A DNA stretch of 61,499 bases, filler included, from Choristocarpus tenellus KU-1152 (taxonomy: Eukaryota; Protista; Phaeophyceae), in NCBI GenBank assembly GCA_964200185.2. It is 15 parts of 15 records of this genome, joined end to end, with 100 filler letters (N's around TTAATTAATTAA, not from the genome) between each part and the next. Parts side by side here need not be neighbours in the genome. Positions count along the whole stretch, not along the records: positions 50,898 to 54,370 come from CAXNAD020019804.1; positions 54,471 to 57,385 come from CAXNAD020023683.1; positions 57,486 to 61,499 come from CAXNAD020016663.1; 12 more parts are not named here. One strand, given 5' to 3'. The notes below the pieces were generated by a model that saw only the letters and a list, made by a program, of their open reading frames with translations, was not told where the DNA came from and made no database searches. The position numbers and the translations under genes are program-made. Positions 52,398 through 61,499 of this stretch are shown here, piece after piece (within the stretch, counting starts at the first letter, position 1; each line of letters begins with the position of its first letter).

Positions 52398-54470
52398 TCT
52401 GCGTTTTAAAATTATGTGCACCACATAGTGATTACAACCAATACCTCCCATCTGCTAAGACAATCCTGATAATTGCAGAAGAGTAAAATTAAACTAGAGG
52501 TAACCAGAGTTGCACTTCAAGGATGATTACAAATAGGTACATAATTAATCTATTTTTGCAAATGTGTGTCGGACATTCTCTGGATTGTGTCGACATTTTT
52601 CAATCAATAGAGAAATCAGCGTTCTCAAGTCAAACTTGGCACTTCATAGCATAAATACGGGTGAATTACAAACGATGAACAAACTGGTTTAAAATGGAAA
52701 ACGGTCAAAACCTGGGTACCCCTCTTCATTTACTTCGGATCAGGACCAAATATTGAGTGATCGAAGAACCACTACTTCCCCAACCGGCATCTGTATCCGA
52801 ACCTGTAGAGTGATCATTTCCTCCCTAGTGCTGGGGTGGATGCAACCAGTTGTCGAGGAGTTGCCAAGTTATAGGAAGGAGTGTATTATATTTGTTTGTG
52901 AATTGGGTTGGTACGGTGTAATATCATGATTTCAATAATGAACCACATGGAAGTGTCACTGATGCAAAGAACACTTTGACTTGTGATCTGGGAGCATCCA
53001 CAGACCAAAGAAGGACCAACAAAAAGTTAAATTCTTTCCAAGAAGCCAACCAGACGGCAAAACTGTAGCGGATGGTAATCCACTACCACTCCTCCTGCAC
53101 CCTTCCCCCCAACTCTGGCAGTTGCTGCAGCAGAGGCAGATGTTGCCGCCATATCCAAAACTTCTCCCAGTTCCAAGGGAATATGTGAGAGGTCTTCACC
53201 CAGAGCCCAGCCATGGTAGCCCCTAACCAAACCTGCGGCAACAGCTGCTAGGCAGGTCTTACTTGGGACACACATAGCAAGCGGTGGTTGCAGTTGAAGG
53301 TTGGTGCTTGCATCCCCAACCTCCACCACCTCTCCCTGCACTACGAGACCCTGTCGACTCCCCATAACACCTTCCTGCTGTTGCACAAGGAGGGTAAGGA
53401 GAACTTTCTCAGCTTCAAGAGGGCGGAGGACACCCCTGGTCAGCAGCTCAAGGGCAGGGCGCCAGGGGAGAGGGTCGTCACCACCACCAACTGTCATATC
53501 TGTCACAGCCTGGGATGGATGCAGAGCCCCTTCTTCAGCGTAACCTCTCCTCCTCTCTCCCTGAGCCCACTTCTTGCATGTTGTTGTGTTGTGTCTCATA
53601 CTCATTGATGAACTCTGATTGTCCTCTAATGCCAGCGCAGCCAAAGTGACAAGCTGTTTAAATATGCTGTACTCTTGCCTTTCTTCCAGCATTGAAGTTG
53701 GGAGAGGGTGGGCATGCAACCGCAGGGCAGATGTGAATTGCCCCTGGCTGAGATGGTAGGATGGCGCCACTCTCTTTGCAGGAACTTCAAACGTTCCTGG
53801 CACTGCACCTGACGCAGTTTCCCACAGTTGCCACAACAAGGTCAACAGGCGCTTAGACCACATCACCAAGGACGTAATCATTACAGGCGATGAAGGGACT
53901 GCAGGAGTACCTTGTACGTTTTGGTGACAGCACCGTCTTGGCAGCAACGTGTATCGACCCCCTTGGACCAAGCAGAGAGACTGTGACTGGTGGTACACCT
54001 TCACATTGTCACCTTCCAACAACCCCAACCCCCCTGAGATTTGAGCCGTGTTGGTCGCCTGTCCAGGCACCATTTGCGACTTGGTATGAAAGTGTGTTGC
54101 CTCCTCCTTTGCCCACGGCAGCATCAGGACAGCGCAGAGACTCAACTCTATCAGCTTCTCCACTGTACCAGGGCAACAAAGGCACCCACCACGAAACCTT
54201 CCGGTGCTCTCAGAGACACCTGTACCATGCCCCAGCACGTGCATCACGTCCTCGCAGAGACCTCCTCCCAGCGCTATTGAGGCATCTCCAAGGGCCACAC
54301 CTATTGCGGCAGGGCAAGCTCCAAGGGGTGGCAACTGCTGCGGCGTCTGAGCTACCTCGTTAGGTGTCAANNNNNNNNNNNNNNNNNNNNNNNNNNNNNN
54401 NNNNNNNNNNNNNNTTAATTAATTAANNNNNNNNNNNNNNNNNNNNNNNNNNNNNNNNNNNNNNNNNNNN

Positions 54471-54787
54471 GTGCCGTACGCACTGCCTCTCCCGAGATGG
54501 TGGTGGGTGTTTCGGGAATCTCGTAGTCCCTTGTTGTAATCTCGTACAAGCCCTTTCCACCAGCGTAGGCGATCAGTGACAATCTCCAAGTTGACCAGGT
54601 TTCCAATGATCTTCCTGTCGCCCCTGTCCAGACAGCAAGTTTCTTCTGGTCAGTCTCCATACTACTTAGGCTCATAACCTGTAGCGCTCTAGTAGTTGTA
54701 TAGATACATGGAGTATTGATGTGTATAGTAGATTGAGAGTTTTATTCTGACATCATACAATGGTGGAGGACAACATGTTATCCAACA
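54471..54787 (-). mobile_element. 5' end of a Ty1/copia element: short LTR (54787-54680), PBS, gag start (54675)
   Basis: Minus strand TGTTGG...AATAAA...CTACA|GGTTATGAGCC, then MSLSSMETDQKKLAVWTG...TWSTWRLSLIAYAGGKGLYEI (copia gag N-terminus). Confidence 0.8.
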
Positions 54788-55192
54788 AGAAATCCATCCG
54801 TGTACCCCACCAGGAATTGTGAAGGAAAGTGTTAAGAATTATCCATATATTATTGCTATTTTTATATAGTAGTAGAGTATGAAAAAAATTGGTTGAAGAA
54901 TGGGTTCTATTTGTACTACAAATGAGAGACGATAGAAAAAGGAGGTATGTATGTCAATAGTAATCACCAAGAAAACCTTTTTCCCAGAATTTCCACGGAA
55001 TTGTTTGGAACGTTGTTGGGTTTCGGATTGGGGGAAATGTGTTCTTAAATTAAGTTTAATGAACACGTACGTAAGTTACATTTTAATGTTGCATCGATAT
55101 GCCTTCCTTTTGTTTTGACCTCCTTCAGTTGTTGTTGTGTTCCCCACTCCAAAAAAGGTTTGAATTGGTGATTTGCTGGTTTGAGGGCGTAG

Positions 55193-56854
55193 ATGACTTC
55201 TGGCAGGGTCCTGAGGTACGGTGGGAATGTATGCACCCTGGCAGAGTGCAGGAGACAGTATTAGGCAGTTGGTAGTTTGAAGTATGCCATCTTCCGCCTG
55301 GACCTGACTTGAGACTTCCATTAAATTGAAATAACTAAACGTGTTTTGCCATCGCTTTCTACTTCGCAGCATTCAGTCGCATGTGGTTCGTGGCTATGTC
55401 GGAAACAAGTGCTCTGTTTTCCCCTTACAACTTCTGGGCTTTGATGTCGACCCGGTCAACTCTGTCCAGTTTTCGAACCATACAGGCATGGCTGATGAGG
55501 GATGTATGTCCGCCAACACTCTTCTCATTACCTGGTGACTCAAACAATAGGAGACGAAATACGAATCTATTCCGTGTACTTGTCGCAATCTAGTCTGAAT
55601 TACGAGCCGATGTAATGAACTACGTGAACGTCTCCTATCAAAAACATTTCACGCCTCCGTCATCCACCCCATCATTGTACCTTAAGGGTATTCCTCCTTC
55701 ACGGGCGAGATTTTGCAGGGGGACCAGCTAACATCCCTGGTGGATGGTTTAGAGAGAAATAGTCTTCTAGATGGATATACTCATATGCTAACCGGGTACA
55801 TTGGCTCGCCCTCCTTCCTCCGGGCGGTCATTGGCGTCTTCCACAAGTTGAAGGAGGTCAACTCAGGATTGCGCTTCGTCTGTGACCCTGTGAGGGCTTG
55901 AGTGTGCTCATGATTCATGGCTTCGTCCTGACGGAAAATATTACCAGTTATGATAATCTTGCATGTGTCAAGGTGTAGATACCGATCTGTATCGTCGGCA
56001 TGTTCGCCGAACAGCACGCTTAGCCTTGACTAACTGGTGCTTTGGGTTTGATGAAAATCTCGTGGTGTAGGGATGACTTAGAGTGGCCCTTGATCCCTCC
56101 CACCTCTCCCGATCGTTTTTCAGCTCGCATGAAGCTGTTAGGGATGATGGAATCACATTCGAAACATCTTTTTCTTGCAAAAGTAAGGTGCAGAGCTAAC
56201 CCGACCGTCCCCTACTTGGAAGCAGTCTACTTGTTTTTATGATGCTGAGCCATTCGTACATCCCTGACCCTGAAAACCAACATGCACCACTGCCCCCCCC
56301 CAAAAAGGTCCTAGGGGATGGAGGTAGGTTGTATGTTCCAGAGGGCAACGTCGACATCTACCGCAACGAAGTGCTGCCAATCGCGACTGTCATTACACCT
56401 AATCAATTTGAGGCTGAGCTTCTCTCTGGGGTGGAAATTCGCACGGAGGACGACGCTTGCCGTGCCTGTGCTGCTCTCCACGAGAAAGGGCCTGAGACGG
56501 TTGTAATCACCAGCTGCACTCTGGAAGACCAAGGGGATGACATCTTCTTGTTTGCGAGCATTTGCAAAAACGGGAAAAATGGAGAGGGAGGACAAGGAAA
56601 CGTTACAGGGTCTAGAACAGGGGCTATGACTGGGAGGATGAATGACGAAGGAGATGGTGAAAGTCGTGTCCCTCCTTTGTTGGAGTTGTACAAAATGACT
56701 TTCCCTCGCATCCCCCAGACGTTCACAGGTACCGGTGACTTAATGGCATCTCTCTTGCTTGCGTGGATGCATACTCTACCGAATGACTTCCCAGGGGCAC
56801 TGGAGAGGGTTGGTGGAACATTGCAGGCTGTGCTGGCAAGGACTCATATTGAAG
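55193..56854 (+). CDS. PDXK: Pyridoxal kinase; exons 55193-55215, 55370-55485, 55687-55889, 56308-~56854 (C-terminal exon probably missing)
   Basis: [48 protein letters not shown]...LTGYIGS...VCDPVLGD.GRLYV...[13 protein letters not shown]...VVITS...FTGTGDL. All exon joins are in frame. Confidence 0.96.
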
Positions 56855-57599
56855 GTGGGCTAGGTAGGGCTGACAGGGGATATGTAGGTGATCTGAGGTC
56901 TGGTTCATTTTTCTATCCCAGATGAATTAGAATAGCCCATTCATGTCAGGAAAAATTGTACATATGTTACTAGGAGTCAAAGGAGATTGTGCAGGTGGCA
57001 GATGTATGCTAGGGTCTACTAGGATATGTCTCGTATATACCTCACATCACATCGTCTCCCAGCTGTATCCTCTCTTTCCTCTTGAAGCACCCAACATAGT
57101 GGCGAAATGCCTGCAATGTGTGCTTCCAAGCATTGCTTGGCGAACTGGTTGTTCGCCCTGAAGCTGATTCTTTTGTCACGTTGAAGTACAATGGTACAAC
57201 TTTGTTCATTTTAGAGTATGGTATCCTTGAACAGGGCCATAGTCCTGCGCAGTATGTTATTGATTATTATTTAAATTCCTCACAAGCGTTGCGAATTTAA
57301 ATCATACCCCCCCCCCCCCCCCCCCCCCCCCCCTCGATGCCCTTACTGTTGTTGTGGGGGGGGCGAAAAAAGAAGCAAAAAACAANNNNNNNNNNNNNNN
57401 NNNNNNNNNNNNNNNNNNNNNNNNNNNNNTTAATTAATTAANNNNNNNNNNNNNNNNNNNNNNNNNNNNNNNNNNNNNNNNNNNNCCGCTATGCATCCAG
57501 TTGACAAGGTACGTGAGGACTAACCGATTCATGTAAGACCAAAGGAATCATTGACAGTCCTAGTCCTCACAGAACGTAAGACAGGAGAAGTCAGAAATA

Positions 57600-58830
57600 G
57601 GAAGTAATCCATATCAACCCAGGCAGTTACGCTATGTAAGAGATGGCGTTGTTTGTACTGTGATAGCCCCCCACGTAGATGGTCTTTTGATAGCTGGTAA
57701 AATGGATGTTTGATTTGGGTTCGCTCTAGGATTAAAGAGCAGTTTTCCATAGAAGATCTCTTGGTGATATTGAGTATTATATGGGTTGTGAGATTTCACG
57801 TGACAGAAATGAACAGACTGTTACCATCAGTCAGACTAGGTACATTAAGAGTGTTTGTCAAAGATTTGGTATTGATGGGGCAAAGAAGAGGTTGGTACCC
57901 CATGATCTCTCAAGGGTTCTAGACAAGAGTGAGAATCATCCGCCAAGTGCTGATGAAAATACACCGTATAGAGAGGCAGTTGGTAGTTTAATGTGGGCAT
58001 CTGTTATGACTAGGCTTGACATAGCAAATGCAGTTCGTGAAGTTGCAAAGTACAGTAGCAATCCCAAAGTCACACACTGGCGTGCAGTGAAATGTATTTT
58101 AGCATATTTGAATACGTGTCCAAGTGTTGGACCCAAAGTATCTGGGGGGTGNNNNNNNNNNGGGGGTGGGGGGGGTCTACACGAGGGTGTCCATTTGGAC
58201 CAAAATCGGGAAAAGTGCATTTGCATTATCCATCGGACGTATGGCAGCCGAATCACCCAAAAATCGTGATATGAAAAAATTGACCCCAAATGGACAGCCG
58301 CCACTCCCTCCGAGATACTTTGAGCCATTGGATTAAGTTTTGGTGGTTTTAGTACTGAGTGTGAGTTGAGTGCATATGCTGATGCTAGTTATACTGGAGA
58401 CTGGAATGATCGTAGGTCAGTGACTGGAGGAGCAATTATGTTTGCAGGAGGGAGCAATATCTTGGATGTCAAAGGTGCAAAGAGTTGTAGCTCTGTCTTC
58501 CACAGAGAGTGAATACATAGTACTTAGTAGTGTGGCACAGGAATTGCTTTTCTTGAGAAGTGTTTTTGAGTTTATTCAGCCGCAGTTGCCTAGGTGTTGC
58601 ATTGAATTGTTTGAGGATAACGATGGTGCATGCAAACTAGTACGAAATGCCACAAGCTCTACTAGAACAAAGCACATTGATGTCAGACATCATTTTTTGA
58701 AGGATTTGTCTAGAAAAGGAGAGATTTGTGTTGTTTTTATTGGTACTGCAAACCAGAGGGCAGATGTCTTGACCAAGAATTTGCCAGTTCGAGTTTTTTG
58801 ACAACATGTGAACTTTTTGATGAACATGTG
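57600..58830 (+). mobile_element. Ty1/copia RT-RNase H remnant
   Basis: YMGCEISRDR...ISQTRYI, PYREAVGSLMW...HWRAVKCILAYL, AYADASY..D.NDRRSVTG, ISWMSKVQRVVALSSTESEY, EDN, RTKHIDVRHHF, ADVLTK. Confidence 0.96.
58130..58326. mobile_element. MITE family B, full copy inserted in copia pol
   Basis: GTTG|GACCCAAAGTATCTGGGGG...CCCCAAATGGAC...AGATACTTTGAGCC|ATTG. Removing it and one TSD restores CPSVGLSFGG. Confidence 0.94.
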
Positions 58831-58902
58831 ACGCAGCAGCATTTGTGTTTGATTTTATTGTTTTGTTTTAAGATTGTTTGAGAGTTAATACTTGCTTTCA
58901 GC

Positions 58903-58983
58903 AAGGGGAGGATGTCGAATAACCTAGTGTTATCCTTACGTTGTTTGTGTTGATACAAGTATACAACATATAGGTTATACGTA
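58903..58983 (+). mobile_element. Polypurine tract and start of the copia 3' LTR
   Basis: AAGGGGAGGA|TGTCGAAT immediately downstream of RNase H. Confidence 0.65.
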
Positions 58984-59249
58984 NNNNNNNNNNTACGTAC
59001 GTTTATAATTGGTTAGGTATGATACAGAGTACGTACGTATATAAAATATAATAAGTCAACATTAATAATCAGTGTGTGCTTTACTATGTAATTCAACTGC
59101 TAGCTTCCGGCGACGAGCCTTATGTGCGCCAAGCTTCTCAACACCGAGTTGCTCTGAGGGTACGCCCTGGAGTCTTCAGCTCCAGGGAACTTAGACACTG
59201 TAGCCATAGGAAGCATGACCCCCACACCCACCTCGACAATATCCACTAT

Positions 59250-61476
59250 GTCAACTGCCCAACGAAGAGTCAAGTATGGCTATCTGCACTACTATGGCAC
59301 CCTCGCAAAGTCCGCTCGAGAATGCCTGTGCAGATACTCCTTGACACAGGTGCAGGAGGTGGAAACTACATTCGTCTGCTTTTTGGCGCAGTACTACTCT
59401 GGGGAGGTAGTAGCACAGAGGCCTACACCACACTTTAACCAAACCAGTAAAGGAACGTTACATGCAGCAAACCCGAAAGGGTGCAAGACTCCACCTATGC
59501 AGGTATTGGGGTCTTGCATACTGCCGATATTGTTTCCCCGAGAGGATAGAGTCAGCAATGTGATATTTTGGGTAGTGGAGGGCTTACCTTATGAGATGGT
59601 TCTAGGAGCAGCATTCTGTAGGCAGAACAAGAGAATATTGTCATTTAGAGAAGGGGAAGGCTTTCGACCAGCTCCAAACTCACCATGGATACCTTTTGCT
59701 CGAACTGCGACACCCTGATCTCTTGATAACAATACACACCTGTCAACCCTAGGAGAGTGGCAAGCATCAATGACACCCACAACCCGACCATCCAAGTACC
59801 AAGACTGCCCCTCAGTAACCCCAGATCAGCTGGATGTAGAGAACCCCCCCTGATACACTCCCTAGATCCCCAAGATGCACTAGTAGACCAACTGGTGAAC
59901 ATATACCACCAGAGAAGGAACATGCAACCTTTTTTGACGTAGACCCAGAAGCAGGTACCCAAGACATGGATCCAGAGGCAGGTATCGCCACGATAGACCT
60001 TACCCAAGACAAGGATCCTCGGACCCCATCATTGGAGAATCCAGGTGTGGTAACCCTCCCAGTGGATATAGCGTGGGAGGACGATGGGACTCTGCAATGG
60101 GAATTGCGTCTGTCAGAAGTAGAACATGTAGAAGGGTTTGTTAGCAAAGTCGGCAAAGGATTCGTTAAGGGGGCACAACCTCAATCCAAACAGTTGGTGG
60201 TGATGGAGCCCTTATCAAAGTATAACCTGGGATTAGGGAATGCTGTAGGAGTTCGCAAAGGTGTACAATGGTGGAACCCAGGAACCCCCATTTATTGAAA
60301 ACTGGTAAATACGTGCAGTAAGACCAGTAGTATCCAGGCAGGGCTGCCAGTTGCAAAGGCGATTGCTCTGAATACTCAGGATAGAGAGAGGGCGGTTGCA
60401 CTCTTTCAGTCACTAGCCCAGCCCCCCAGAGACCCTCAAAAAGCACAGGTTCTGCTTACCACGACTAGTCCCCATATAAGGCATTCCCCAGAGGCAGAAA
60501 AGACTAGTGACTGCCCGGTGGCAGAAGAGGAAGACACCCCTTCTGGTGAAACTGCGGGGATCCGTCGTCAATTGGTGAGCCTCAGTGATGCCAACATAGG
60601 ACAGCTGACACCAGGACAGAAGAAACAGTTGGTGGAATTGTTGAAAGAATTTAGAAGTTTAGGCGTATTCCCTGAAGATCCCAAACGAGTTCCCCCATGC
60701 TCCAGAGGAGTATTACATATACCGCTATTAGACGAGAACTGCACACCCTATGCAGCGAAACAAAGGCATTTTTCTCCTGAAGAAACACAGATGATTCAAG
60801 CTGAGGTTAAGCAGTTGCAGGAACGTGTTATTATCAGACCCTCTACCTCAGCATGGGCAGCAGCGGTAGTAGCAGTACGTAAGAAAGATGGGGCCTTGAG
60901 GTTATGCACAGATTATAGGATGCTTCATGATCTCTCACGTAGTGATAGTGGAGGTCTTGGAAACATCACCAGTATCTTTGATAAGCTTAAGGGTTCTAAC
61001 TATCTCACTGTCATAGCTTTAGCGTCGTAGTTGTTTCAACTAGAAATAGCAGAGGTAGACAAACATAAGACAGCTTTCCGTGATGCTCATGGACAACTTT
61101 GGGAATATAACAGGTGTGGCTTTTGGTTGAAAATCTTACCTGCAGTATTCTCTAGCTACATGAGAGAGGCATTAGGAGATCTCAAAGGGGAGGGTGTGGA
61201 AAACTCGCTAGGCAATCTTTTTTGCTATAGCTCATCATTTGATGAACACATGGCCAAACTTCACCTCCTTACCAGACTCAAGCAATACGGCCTGTCTGTG
61301 AACTTTCCCAAATCCTCGTGGTGCATGCCCTCACAAGAATTTGTAGGAATGAAGATAGGTAGAGATGGCTTGAGTCCTGCTCCATCGAAAATGATAGCAG
61401 TAGCAAAACTTGATCTCCCATCTACAGTCGAGCAGTTAAGGAGTTTCCTAGGAATGACAGGATACATACGACAATT
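59250..61476 (+). mobile_element. Degenerate Ty3/gypsy pol (protease and RT), cut by a family B MITE at 61477
   Basis: VQILLDTGAG protease; IIRPSTSAWAAAVVAVRKKDGALRLCTDYR, DKHKTAF and LRSFLGMTGY RT motifs. Stops and frameshifts present, YxDD destroyed. Confidence 0.93.
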
Positions 61477-61499
61477 GACCCAAAGTATCTGGGAGGGGG

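Noticed and set aside
53027-54370. 447-aa minus-strand ORF as a gene
   Set aside because: No recognisable domain. It is probably a shadow of a decayed plus-strand coding region (LAATCIDP is faintly hAT-like but insufficient to call).
28175-56925. RSH, hydrolase and PDXK as a bacterial or operon-like gene cluster
   Set aside because: They lie on different contigs joined artificially, all have spliceosomal splice sites, and RSH has a eukaryotic targeting presequence.

Overview
This is not a contiguous locus. It is 15 short eukaryotic contigs (about 2.7-7.5 kb) joined by ~100-bp artificial linkers (N44-TTAATTAATTAA-N44), so adjacency across linkers has no biological meaning. Long spliceosomal introns, interstitial TTAGGG repeats and a bipartite plastid-targeting presequence point to a photosynthetic stramenopile, plausibly a brown alga or close relative (inference). 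Host genes, all partial: WRAP73/WDR8, tubulin cofactor C (TBCC), a plastid RelA/SpoT homologue with an intact hydrolase and an eroded synthetase domain, pyridoxal kinase with a GC-AG intron, an alpha/beta-hydrolase exon, an MGCxxS-type acylated low-complexity protein, and a few unidentified exons. Much of the rest is mobile DNA: Ty1/copia, Ty3/gypsy and RLE non-LTR remnants, a pseudogenised intron-containing Sola2-like DDD transposase, and two abundant MITE families that share termini and a subterminal motif. The best candidate for an undescribed system is this Sola2-like transposase/MITE network: about 17 MITE copies or ends in 60 kb, nested insertions, 3-4 bp TSDs, a template-switch inversion and CpG decay. 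The link between transposase and MITEs is inferred, not shown. All protein calls are motif recognition by eye; no database searches were run.
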